A stretch of DNA of 64,000 bases, from the NCBI GenBank assembly GCA_013265495.1, contig MU058781.1, forward strand, positions 724,963 to 788,962, in the 5' to 3' direction. Source of the DNA: Vicugna vicugna (taxonomy: Eukaryota). Each line of letters begins with the position of its first letter. The stretch's first letter is position 1. The position numbers and the translations under genes are program-made. This document shows, piece after piece, positions 50,041 through 61,840 of this stretch. The notes under the pieces were generated by a model. The model saw nothing but the letters and a program-made list of their open reading frames with translations. It searched no databases and was not told the DNA's origin.

Positions 50041-51119
50041 AAAGTTACTCCAGGTTTGGAGTCATGGAAACACCTAATATTTCATAGCCTTCTGGGCGTT
50101 TAGTTAAGCTGGTTCTTCTTTACTGCAAGGTGTATGTATGTGGATATAATACACAATATTTAATATTTAATTCTCATAACTAATCTCATAAACAAGAAAT
50201 AGCACCCTGGATGTCTGTTTAGCACATTCCATTTTTCTTGCTTGTTCTTTGACCACATATTTACTTGGAATTTTGTTATTGTTCTCAACTGAACTGCACA
50301 TAATTCGCTTAAACAAGGCACACACTCAAATATACAAGGTGTCATTTTCAAGTCAAGGGACGTGCATGAATTATAAAGAAAATAAGATTTTTAAAAAGAA
50401 TGTAAAACATACCCAGGTTTCACCTGTTTGTACTTTGTGAATGACTCTCTTGATCCTGTCCAGGCAAGCCAGGTTCTGAGGAATTTTGTGAGGCAGATAA
50501 CAGAGACTCTCGGACTTGGGTATTCAAACGAACATGCACTTCCACAAGATGAAGGGCATCGCGCAAAGAGCAATTTGGTGAAGGCATCTGGACAACACCT
50601 AGGGGTACACGCATATACAACCGAGCGAATCATAATACGGCGGTCTTAATGAACTCATTCACCATGCAGCACACTCTTTAGTGCCTTTTTGTGAGCCCTT
50701 AAACTGTGTGTCAGACGTTTGGAATTAAATTGGGAAGCACGGTGTGAGAGAGAAGAGGGACATTTCAAGTTTACACTTTCTCTTGATTGTTTAATAAAAG
50801 AGGAATGAGCAAGTGCCTTCCAAGGGAGAAAAACAGTTACTGGCTAGGAGCTCTGACTTCCTGATACAAAGCTGGTCTCTCCTAAGTGTCACGGACGATC
50901 TTGGACTTGAGTACAAAGCACTATGAGCCACTAGACAGCAGTGAATGAGCAGCAAAGAGGAGTGAGCTGGGATCGAGGGGAGGAAGGTGGGGGGTTTGTC
51001 CTGCCGGCAGAAGTTGGAAGGAGGGCAGTTTTACCCACAGACCACTCAGGGCGGGGCAGGGAGAGAAGTTTAGAAGGGAGGAGGCCAGATCTTCAGCCCT
51101 TGGGCTGGATAAGGTTGAT

Positions 51120-51548
51120 GGACAGGCTGCAATCATTCCTGCCTCCTTTGTGTTTTCCTCCCTGTGCTGTGCTGCAGAGCTGAAAAGTTAAAACCTGCGT
51201 TTCCTGGAGTCTCTTGCAGCCAGGCTTCTGGCTAGGAGTTAGGTCTGCCTAATTAGATGTCCCTGCAAAAGACCCAAAAAGTAGAGGTGAGGCAGAGACT
51301 GTCGTCTTGATGTTGATTCTGACCCCGAGGAAGACCACGGAACGTGGGTCTTGAGAGACATTTGCAAAAGCCAATCTGAGCATCGCCATGGCTTCCTGAT
51401 TCCTGCATTGCACCTGTTTTGTCTTAAATGGAGTGATTCTAGAGCTGCCTTCTTGTTTCCTGCTCCTCCATTCTATTTCTGAAAGCCCCTTTTTGCTTAA
51501 AACACTGAGAGTGGTCTCTGTTTTCTGCACTGAGCTTAGACTAATACA
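51120..51548 (+). mobile_element. LTR33-like (ERVL) solo LTR
   Basis: AAAACCTGCGTTTCCTGGAGTCTCTTGCAGCCAGG...TTAGGTCTGCCTAATTAGATG, with terminus GCTTAAAACACTGAGAGTGGTCTCTGTTTTCTGCACTGA...GACTAATACA. Confidence 0.75.
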
Positions 51549-53599
51549 ATCAGACTTGCAGAATTTGCAGATGACAGATGGAAGCCAGACAGTTTGATAG
51601 CTGCCTACAGAAGAGTAGGAAGGCTTTGGTCATTGTTTGGGATGATCTATCTATGAACAGCATAATCCAGGTCTTTAGTTTACAGGAGAATACTTCAGAA
51701 GAAAGGGCTGCCAGAAGTTGGATGCCACCCCCAAAAAACAGTCAGATATTGGAGATTGTGTCAGGGCAACAAAGAATTCGTAAAAAGGAAAAAAATTAAG
51801 GAAAAGTTACACTAAAGCTTCATGCACTTGGCTAAAATAATGGATTGGCAGTAGAGTAAAGGGAAATCTAAAACTGAGAAGCTTAAAAAAAAATTCCAAG
51901 CCCTAGGTTGAAGCTGGCAGAAGCTATTAGAGAACTAAATAAAGGCAATCTATAACAGTTAGGCTCTGGATTTCGTATCTAGAGGCATGACTTAAGTCTA
52001 GAGAAGTGAGTGATATGTGACCTGAGAGTAATAGGACTACTCAAGAGTCAGAATCGTACTGAGATGACAGGTGGGAAAGTAATTCAGGGATCTGGTTCGT
52101 AACACACCCACTCTGACCTGTTACAGTGATCAGTCTGCAGAGACTGCATGCAAGTCTGATATCACAGAAAGCGTTGACATGGGGCAGGCAGGGCAAGAGG
52201 TACGGAGACATTGAAAGGAGAGGGACCCTCGGAGAGGCCTTGAGGAACAGGAAGAGGAGAAGAAAGCTTGGGGAGAGAAACATCACTTTTATTTCAAGAG
52301 AATTATTCAAATTTATAGCCAGAAGTCAACTAAAAGATTACAAAACTGAGTGATCTTACTCCCTCCAACAAGAGAGAATGTCCTCCTAAGCATTTACAAG
52401 GAGCCAAGGTAAATATTTTTAAAGGCTATAAGTCTAAGTTACAGCCATCAGATCTTATCCTCCCCACTGAGTTTAGGGATCTCAATTCCAAAGCAGCACC
52501 TCTGCCGCCAACCACAGGCCCTTTCCGTGAGCACAGCTGGCCGGTGGGTTTCCTGACCTTCTGGGGTGGGATCTACCACGCCCGCCTCCCTGAGCCCTAT
52601 ATTCCCACTTATTTTCTACAGACCAAAGTCATCCCCAAGCCTACAAGCGGCCATCCCATCAGTGCATTAAGACAGGCTTTGCCCTCCTTGTCAGCACGTG
52701 AAATTCTAAGTCACCGAAAGGTGCCCACTAGTAAGGCTGTCTCCTCCACCCGGCCTTGCGTCACGGACCGCCTGTGTCAGCGCTTCACTCGCTGTCATCC
52801 ATGTTCTTTCTCTTCCTACCACCACGTGCTGCTGTGGTCATAAACCTGTGAATAATTTGGTGAATACTCCATTTCTCCCCACGTAGGAACAGTGCTTTCT
52901 TGTTTTCAGTCACGCTGAGAACTAATTCTAGTGTTGGTCTAGAAATAATAAGGAGAGATGGGGGCACGTCTTGAAGTAAGAGTGGTATTTTATGAAGCAC
53001 CCACTTGCTGTGAGCTCTTTGTATGGCTTCCATGCAGAGGGAGCCATTTCTAAGATTCAGGTGATTCTGGGGATACAAAAGTCTCAAGTGTGTGACCCAA
53101 ATGTCTTTATTTTGGGTCTCAAAGACCTTTCCTTCTCTATTAGAGCTGACTTAACTGTGAAAAACCTCCCAGCTCTGTAAATAGAGTGTCCTTGTTAACT
53201 ACCATCGATGATCACATTGTGGGTCTGACTTCATTCTGGCCCATTCCTCTAGGTGCAGGAGAGGGGTCTCTTTAAACCTTGCCACGAGGTCCTCTGACTT
53301 TCACAGTATACTCTGCAGTGATAGTTGGATGAGTCTGTCATTACCTTTTGTTAAGGTTTTTATAGCAATCAGCAAAATCCAGCCAACTCAGGAGCCTTCC
53401 AGTGACCATTTGTCCAAGTGACGCTTCCCCTTCTTCTGTACCTCATTGTATTCCAACAGGGTGAGCGCGCTTGTCACTGCGACACAGGTGTTCTCACCAC
53501 CCTACTTACACCACCAGGATCAGACTCCGCCGCCATCCCGTCAGTGGGTGATCCAGTTCCAGGATGGCACCGCAAGGGACGGCTTTCTAGGCTGCTTTT

Positions 53600-54015
53600 C
53601 ACTCTGTGTTCCCTCAATGGCAGGTGCTAAGACAGGATTTTGGTCCACACAGTTATTTGGGGGTGTCTCAGGGAGCATGGAGGTGTGATGAGGAAGTCAG
53701 GAAGAGAATGATGTGAGAATGAGGGGATCATCTTTATCGGGAACTAAGCTCTGTGCCACCCCAGACCCTTTCAGATGATAAGTGGACCATGTCTCAGATA
53801 CATCCCACAGAAGCGCAAGGAAGCCGGTGTATTTATCCACCAACTCCCATCTCTCATTTGTTCAGGGCTGCTCCTGGGACTTTAACTCCTTGAAACTTCT
53901 GGCTGTTTCCATAGCCAAAGAATGCAGGATGCCTCTGGCTTCGAACAGGACTGTCTGTGGGCGCCTTTGAGGGTGCACTAAAGGGATGTGGGTGGGGTAC
54001 TAATAATGTCTGCTC
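53600..54015 (-). mobile_element. LTR16C-like (ERVL) solo LTR
   Basis: AAGACAGGATTT...GTTATTTGGGGGTG...GTATTTATCCACCAACTCCCATCTCTCATT...TTAACTCC. Confidence 0.7.
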
Positions 54016-54654
54016 CTGCTAGGAAGCTCAGCATCAGTGAAGGAAAAGTTAGTCTCAGCCAGCTCGTATTTATGAGCACTCTGGGGTCCTTCCCAGTATT
54101 TGGCAACACAAATGTTGCTTAGCTGATGGACTTAAATATTTAGCGTAATTCTAGGAATCCCTACACGGTCTTTCTTCACTACATGTACAACCCGAAATAT
54201 GGAGCAAATGAGCAGTAAATAGTCAGAAGGCATCTGCATTGGAGCTCTGAGTTACTCTCGGGCTGTGAGGATGGGCTCTTGCTTGGAGACTCTAGAGTCA
54301 CTGAAAAATGGATGAGAGAAAGAGTAAATAAGTTCTTAGAGCAACAAAGAATGAATGCAAGTAGAGAAGATGAAGGATTTTAATGCACTGTTTAAACTGC
54401 TACTGTCTTTATATGTTTCCATAGTATGCATGTGCATTTATCTGTGTATGTCAAATATATAAAATATATACATACATATATGATGCATACTTCTGTTACA
54501 AAATCATTTATGTATATGATTTTATGCACCTTTCGTAAATTAACTTTGTGTGCTTCTTATTAGACCCAGAGCATCTTGTTTAAGATTCAAAGCCCAAAAT
54601 GTGATGATCTCAACTTTTTCACCTGCTGAAGATGTATGATCTACTGAATGGACT

Positions 54655-54706
54655 TAGATGGATAGATAAGTGGATAGATAGACAGACAGACAGATGGATA
54701 GGTAGA
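54655..54706. repeat. Compound GATA/GACA/GATG microsatellite
   Basis: Read directly. Confidence 0.85.
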
Positions 54707-56699
54707 CGTCATACAATTATATGTCATTAAAATATGAAAAGGTATTATGGCGGTTCAGATGATAGTGAGATTACATGGATTTTAGCTGAGCATTAAGAGA
54801 ACAATTAGAGATGGGAACAGGTTGGGGAGCAGATCCAGACCAAATGCTCCATGTGGAGCAAACAGCTTAGGCAATGAGTTCGAAGAATATACCAACTAAA
54901 ACAACCGCCACCACAAGCCTCGTATTTCAGAATGTGCTGTCCTAGGAAACATTGCACAAAATTGGAGCTGAAATAGGCCCCATGGTCGCGTGCCTACCTC
55001 CGGTGTCTCTTCGAGGTTCACATGGGATAACGGATAATGTGTACAACTGTACGCAATTACAGTAAAAGGTTACTGCCAGTGAAATGGCCACAAGGGGTAT
55101 TAAAATAACAAACGGCCGAGTGATGCTTCTTCGCCTCTTCTGCCTGGTGCCCCTTCTTAGCTATTGGGGTGAAAAATCAGGAGCAAAGTGGGGTCCGTCG
55201 CTGGTGGTTGTCCTTTTCTGGCTGATTTCCCTTTTGACCTTTTGGGGTTCAGGCTGTTCTCCGACGTCATTTGCATGCCCTTTTCTGCTCTCTCCTCGCT
55301 TTAGCACTCAGTGTTTCCACAGCAGATTAATGACAGCTAATAATATCTGATATATCTGGACATTGCCACCATAATGAGTTGCAGTCCCACTGGGTCCCAG
55401 AAGTGTCACCACTAACAAATTCGCCAGACCTGCACATAATTAGCATGTGAAGGGAGTGATCGTGCAGTAAATCTGTAGGGAAGATGGATAGCCCAGGAGA
55501 GGAAATAGAAAGGGGGGGTGTCCCCTCCTTATCACGCCTCACTAAATATATATTTCTTGGCAAGGATATTTTCTTGATAACAAACTGTGGCCGGGTTACC
55601 TTTACAGTAACATTATTCCTTCCATGGCTGATAGGCAGAATTTCATTATGTCACTGCTAATGTTTCAATATTTCTGCAAAATGTCACCATATGTAAATTA
55701 AGAAAGGTTAGGGTTTCCCTGGCAGTTTCCTATAAAGATGCACGGCCCCCTTTTCACAGCGGCCTCAGTGATCATTCCCACACTCTCTGACAGGCTGGAA
55801 TACGGTGACGAATATGCTGAAACTTTGCCTTTACGTCGGCAGGACTCAATGAACTGACATCGTCCTCACAGACGTTGCCTTAAAGGCTGCAAAGACTACA
55901 TGTACTGCCAGGTGAAACTAGAGAGAGAGAAGGGATCTGAAAAGCTGCCTTGTGCTTAGTCTAATTATCAACATAGAGACCTGGTTCTCCTGTGACACTA
56001 GCGTTTACATCCATGTGGCAATTTTAGAATTTGTCTCAAACAGTCAGAGCAAAAATGGAAGTGTTTCGGGCTATGTGTGCTGTGCCCTGAGGGCTGCCCC
56101 TGATCTCTCCAACCCAGCCCGTCAGTCCACGCTAAGGGAAGGCTTCCTACTTGAAACATAAGAAGTATGGCTCTGGAAAGAAGCCTGGTGAGGGAGACAC
56201 TTCTGGAACTTGGGTCAACTCTCTTCCCGCAAGAACATTGGCATGACCCTGAGTCCAAAGGCCAAGGTAGTCACACAGAGAAGTTTAAAAAAAAAAAAAA
56301 AACAGGTCACAGAAAGAGCATCCCTGCATGGTGCCTCCGGGAGACATGCTCGTGGAGGTCTCCTCCCCCTTCGCCTTTGATCTGGGGTGGGGGGCAGTCA
56401 GTCTTCTTGTTTCACATCTCACAGTGTTTCCAGCAGCCAGAGGGCTTTTGGGGAAGAGGGAGTCGCTCCTCAAGCTGGCGTTCTGGAAAGACCGTACCAG
56501 GTACTCAGGAGAGGTTAGCAGGCAATCAGCGTGTGTAACCTGATCATTACCCTGCAAGGTGATGAGCAAGGACCCTGCGGACAGAGGCCCTCCTCCACCC
56601 CTCAGCCCACCGAGCACCATGACACTGGTGACCTCCGACTGGGTCACGTGTAGGCTTTTTTTTGACTATCGTGTTCTCTTTCCACACATGGCTTCAACT

Positions 56700-56880
56700 T
56701 CCCTTCTACCTGCTAATCCTCAAATTCATATTGAATTCTCAAATTCTTCCAATTCGTCTATTACTCATGAACTCAAGACCCATTTAACCAACGGTCTATT
56801 GAATACCTGCTCCTGAATGGCACAAGGGCGTCTCAGCCTTAATAGGTCTAAGTCGAACACCTGATCTACCACTTTCAAGA
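56700..56880 (+). mobile_element. L2 fragment
   Basis: TGAACTCAAGACCCATTTAACCAACGGTCTATTGAATACCTGCTCCTGAATGGCACAAGGGCGTCTCAGCCTTAATAGGTCTAA. Confidence 0.7.
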
Positions 56881-57597
56881 CATATCCTTCCTAGCCAAGA
56901 ACGCAGACATGGGGCAAAGTAAAGTCAATAATAAAAAGATAATAATTAATTAATTACATAATTAAACATCTGTTTCATCCATTGCAGCCCCAACCCTATT
57001 CCTCTTATATTGAAAAATGTGAAAATACCTCACAGCATTCAGTGTCTAAAGCTCTTCTAGGTTCCATCTTTCCCCTCACCCTGGTATTCAGTCAGCACAA
57101 TCTTCTTATTTGGCAGGTGCTAAAAAATGTCAGAGCACAGAAAAAAGCAGATGACATTGGCCTGACCACAGCATCTGTGAGTAACTAAATTCTGGCCATA
57201 GCAAAGAGGTAGGGCTGAGGGGTAGGTTTCAGGACACCACAGGGTCCTCCTTAAGTACTGACATACACTAAGACAGAATGTTTTTGTCTGTTTTCTAGAA
57301 AGTTTTCTTGCCTCAAATCACCAAGATAATTGAGTAATAAGCACTTTTATCTTCAATTCCCGTCCCCACCCACCGTTCCCCTCACGGATGTAAACACTAG
57401 CATGGCCAGCCTTCACAGCAAAAAGAATGCTCTGTGTACTGAGACGTCATTCTCCTGTTTCCCAGACAGGACGTTGTCTTCAGTTTTCTAGTGTGTTTAA
57501 GTCTTAGATATCTTTGCAGGCACGGACCAAAACCGACCCACTCCATCAAGCCTCCCTCTGCACTGCTGCCGCGATGGTTTCTTCCTCTTCTTGATTC

Positions 57598-58006
57598 TTT
57601 TTGTTTAAATGAAGTATAGTGGATTTACAATGTTGCGTTAGTTTCTGGTTTACAGCAGAGTGATTCAGTTATACATCTATACCTATATACTCTTCTTCAT
57701 ACTGTTTTCCGTTATAGGTTATTACAAGATATTGAATATGGTTCCCTATACACTAGGACATTGTTGTTTATCCATTTTATATATAGCAGTGTGTATCTGT
57801 TCATCATAAACTCCTAATTTATCCTTCTGCCACTCTCCCCTTTGGTAACCAAAAGTTTATGTTCTCTATGTCTGTGAGAATGTTTCTATTTTGTAAATAA
57901 GTTCCTTTGTATCATTTTTTAGATTCCACATGTAAGTCATATCGTGTGATATTTGTCTTTCTTTCTGACTTCCTCACTTACTGTGATCATCTCTAGGTCC
58001 ATCCAT
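57598..58006 (-). mobile_element. Cetartiodactyl-type L1 3' end, heavily 5'-truncated, with candidate target-site duplication
   Basis: TGAAGTATAGTGGATTTACAATGTTGCGTTAGTTTCTGGTTTACAGCAGAGTGATTCAGTTATACAT...GGTTATTACAAGATATTGAATAT...CTCTAGGTCCATCCAT, flanked by TTCCTCTTC(TTG)ATTCTTT on both sides. Confidence 0.93.
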
Positions 58007-58554
58007 TCCTCTTCATTCTTTGGAGTAATAATGATTGTCTAGCTTGGTACTTTTATGCGAATTAAAAGAAAAGATAATAATACAAGAGGATCAACAATAC
58101 AAGACAATCAAAGTCAGAAAGTATTCATTAGTCTGCTGTGAAACCATGCCAGCAGCCCCTGCAGTGCCCTGCGTAAAGAGTTTATGAGGAAATACAAAAA
58201 CAATAATTCTTTGAAAATGTGTTCCTCTTTCAGTGTTCTGTTCAAATAAAAGCATGATGCTTAAAATTATTCAAAAAAAGACAAGGACTTTTTAAAAAGT
58301 CTGGATTAGAAAATAATTTATTTTCTTACTGTAAATGGTAAGAATGGCAGTTGCACAGATAGACCATTTATAAGTGCATCAACCGTATGGTAAAATCACT
58401 GTTCTAAGTTCAGGAAAGAAGGCAAGTATCCATCATGTTCTTTCTGGTGAGGAAGGGAAACATTCACAGAAAGTTAACGAGCTAGATAATTTTCAGCCCT
58501 TGAGACGATTTTGAATTATTTGTAAATTATTACCTATTATCTATTATTGTTATT

Positions 58555-58665
58555 ATGTCATCATAATAATAGCTACCATTTATTCAACGCTTGTTGGTGC
58601 CAAGTAGAATAATGATCACTTTATATTTTTAAGCTTATTTATTCCTCTCACAGTCCTGTGAAGAG
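58555..58665 (-). mobile_element. MIR 3' fragment
   Basis: ATAATAATAGCTACCATTTATTCAACGCTTG...GTGCCAAG...TTATTTATTCCTCTCACAGTCCTGTGAAG. Confidence 0.7.
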
Positions 58666-59294
58666 AGCTCTCCAGACGCATATTTATACTTGCCAGTTTA
58701 ATTTGAATCAGTTTATCCAAACGAAAGTTTTTTAAAGATTCCCTATTCAGCCAGATTTCCATAATAGAAATTTGGGATCAAACTTGGCATCCTCCCCTAC
58801 CTCATATCCCACCCAGGTCGCCCCACCGCAGAGCCCTGCCACTTGCATTTGCTGCTTCTAGTATCTCTTCAGAACCTCCCCTCCCCATGTCTCCACAGCC
58901 ACCACCCAGGTGCAGGCTGCCCCTGGGTCTCACGGAACACCTTCCCCTTAAGTGTTCTTTTCACATGCACTCTCCACCGCTCTTCAGTGAAGCCTCAAGC
59001 CAGCATCCCAAGTAGTCATTTTCCCCCAATCATACATATGACCACGTAGCTCCCGTCTAACAGGGTGATGGAAGATGGGCATTGGGAAGGTACCCAGCGG
59101 CTTGCATGATGGTCATTACCCTCACCATGCTCTTGACCACAGCCTCAAGAAGGCCACAGGATAGAGGTCGTTTTGAAGCAAACAACAACAACCCCCCAAA
59201 ACCACACAAACAAAATGATAAAGAAAAGGTGCACAGTGTTACTCATCTCAGCATGTAATGAGTGAACGTTCCCATGTTGAAAGCAATCACAGTC

Positions 59295-59510
59295 AGTGTT
59301 CATTGAACACGTGCAACGCATCAAGCCTTACGTGAATGAACTCATGTAAACTTTCCAACAACCATGTAAGGCAAGCCCTTTTATTAATCTTATTTTACAG
59401 GCGAGGTGAGCTTATTGTAGCTCTGACTTGTTAAGGGACCTGTGTAAGGTCACCTAGCCACTAAGTGACAGAACTGAATTCCAACCCAGAAATGTCCCTC
59501 ACTCCAGAAC
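59295..59510 (-). mobile_element. MIR SINE
   Basis: CAACAACCATGTAAGG...TTATTAATCTTATTTTACAGGCGAGG...GTTAAGGGACCTGTGTAAGGTCACCTAGCCACTAAGTGACAGAACTG...AACCCAG. Confidence 0.8.
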
Positions 59511-60129
59511 CTGCGTATAGACAGTATGAGTGGTCCCTGAGCCCCGCCTGGCTCAGCATTTGATTTGATAAGGGCGACTTTGTCCTTCCTCCTTTACATC
59601 CTGACATGAAATTCACTGATACTATAAGCTGCCTAAAAAATGCAATGAAACGTTTAGTACAAAGCTACCAGTTTCATAGAAAGGAGTAATAAAGAGAAAG
59701 TATTTTACAGTAAAATAATATGCATTTTATTTTGTGAATATTTGGGCACAACAACATTAGAAGACATAACAAAAAAGTCAGATGTTTACAGCTGAAATGC
59801 CGTGAAGGCACCAGCTTCAAATGTAGAACGATCCAGATGGCCTGTGCTGGTGACTGAATGGTGAAGGTTCATATTGCAGTCAGGTGACGTGATTTTCTAA
59901 AATAGCAAACAAATTATGGTCATTTTCCAGGGGAAGCAAAGTGACATCTTATCTCAACTTATGCAGCATTCAACGTAAATTAAAACTGATTAAAAAAAAA
60001 AAAGAAACAAAACCTAACAGAAACAATAGCAATGACTTCTGTTCACTTGTTACCTGTACAGCCTCCAGGTTCAGGTGAACAGATTTCCATCCACATGAAT
60101 TTCCAGCAAGACTAACCGAAGTCGCATGA

Positions 60130-60304
60130 TACACAGGCAGCTCCTCGTGGGCAGGACTGAACCGCAGTGTGGTGATACCGACGTCTCTGGCTTCCGCCCA
60201 TTGAATGCTGCCAGCCCTGCTCTACTCACTGTGACAACTAGCAATGCCCCCACAGGCACCCTCAGTGCCCCCAGGGGTGCTAACTGCCCCACTGAGAACC
60301 GCTG
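60130..60304. mobile_element. MER20/MER20B-like hAT MITE
   Basis: CTCTGGCTTCCGCCCATTGAATGC...TGTGACAACTAGCAATGCCCCCACA...GCCCCCAGGGG...TGAGAACCGCTG. This explains ORFs 60071-60373 and 60126-60443. Confidence 0.75.
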
Positions 60305-61059
60305 TCCTTCACAGCAGTCACTCTCACACAAGCTCATGGAACATGTGCCTCTTTTGATAAACAAGAACCACATTTCTTACTTTCAACTTGCAATTCGAAG
60401 CTCATTAATGACACATACACAGCCATTGTATTGTCTAAAGTAATTAGCCTCTATTATACAAATAGAACTCACAAGGAATTCAACTTTAACTAAAAAATGA
60501 TACTACAAAGAAAGTGTACCTTTTATGCAGAAACCACCGTTGCAGTTTGGATCCAAGATGCATCAGTGGACTAGAATTGATAAAGTCTAGTGATTCATAG
60601 ATACACACCACTAATAAAGATGGGCAGGTTACCTAGAACTTTTTAGATGTTTTAGGTTTCCAATTAAATACAGTTTTTAAACAAATGTGTAACTTGGAAA
60701 GGTTAATTATTTGCAGGGGCTCAGCCATGCTTGACTGAACCAATATCGTTCAGTTGGATCCACAGAAAATTTCATTTAGCAAAGTCATTCTTTCATAGGT
60801 TACGTCTCTTTATGTTTCTTACCCTGAAAAGCCATATATCCATTGCCTTGAAAAGTAATGTTGTCTCTTGTTCCTGTTTCATATTTATAAATACATGTTT
60901 ATATATGTATGTATACAATTACATGCATGTATAAGTACAACAAAAAGCCTTTGTAAATAATTGTGATTGTCGTGTACAGTGAAGGAATGCCAAGAGCTAC
61001 TCAATGCTGAGAACTTTATATAATTGCTTCCTTCCGTTCTTACCACCACCCTAAAACGT

Positions 61060-61180
61060 GAGTATTAGTAACTCCATTCTGCAGATGGGGACACTGAGGC
61101 TCTGAGAAAGCACCTCAGCCAGGAAGCAAGCAAACCACAGGGCCAAGCCGGGGACAGCCGACCTGACAGTTGGTCCTTTT
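61060..61180 (-). mobile_element. MIR core
   Basis: CTCCATTCTGCAGATGGGGACACTGAGGCTCTGAGA. Confidence 0.75.
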
Positions 61181-61769
61181 CCTACTAGACTCCGTTGTTG
61201 CGAAGGAACGCAGCAGCGCTTAGTGGGCCTTGGGATACATCCCCAGCTCATCTCACCAAAGGTGAAATTAAAAGAAGTAGAACCCTAGCAGTGAACCCCC
61301 AAACCCAAAACCTGCATGGATGATGTCCAGCCTCACCCCCAAACGCCTGTAAAGCACCTCTGAAGAACCAGGATGCTCCAAGGAAGACAGTTTTCAACCT
61401 GGTGTTCTAGAGCCCAAAAGAGGATCTGAGATAAATGGGCCTGTCTTCAGAGTTCAAAACGGAAGATACTCACTTTTTAGAACTTTGAAAGCTTTGATTT
61501 AAAAATATAGAAATTGAAGAAAACATTCAGATTCCAAGTTAAATGTACCCAATAATATATATAAAAGTTAAACTGAACGTGCCACAGAGTTTATGATTCA
61601 GTAACTATTAGGAAAGCAGCTTTATTGAGCATCTACAATGTTCCAGCTTTTGTTCATACTTTAAAACTGACTTACATCTCAGAGGAAGACTCAGAAGTTG
61701 GTGTGAAGTGGAACTGAAATCCACATTTTTAGGTTGGCTAATTAAAAAAATGCAGATCTGTTTTACAAG

Positions 61770-61840
61770 TACTAATTAATAAATGCAAAGTTCTTAGAAT
61801 AGCTCCTGGCACATCGTAAGTGCTCATAACTGGTAGCTAA
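61770..61840 (+). mobile_element. MIR 3' end
   Basis: ATGCAAAGTTCTTAGAATAGCTCCTGGCACATCGTAAGTGCTCA. Confidence 0.75.

Noticed and set aside
51560..52400. Possible CR1/L3 remnant
   Set aside because: Only a faint resemblance around 52250-52300, too weak to call by eye.
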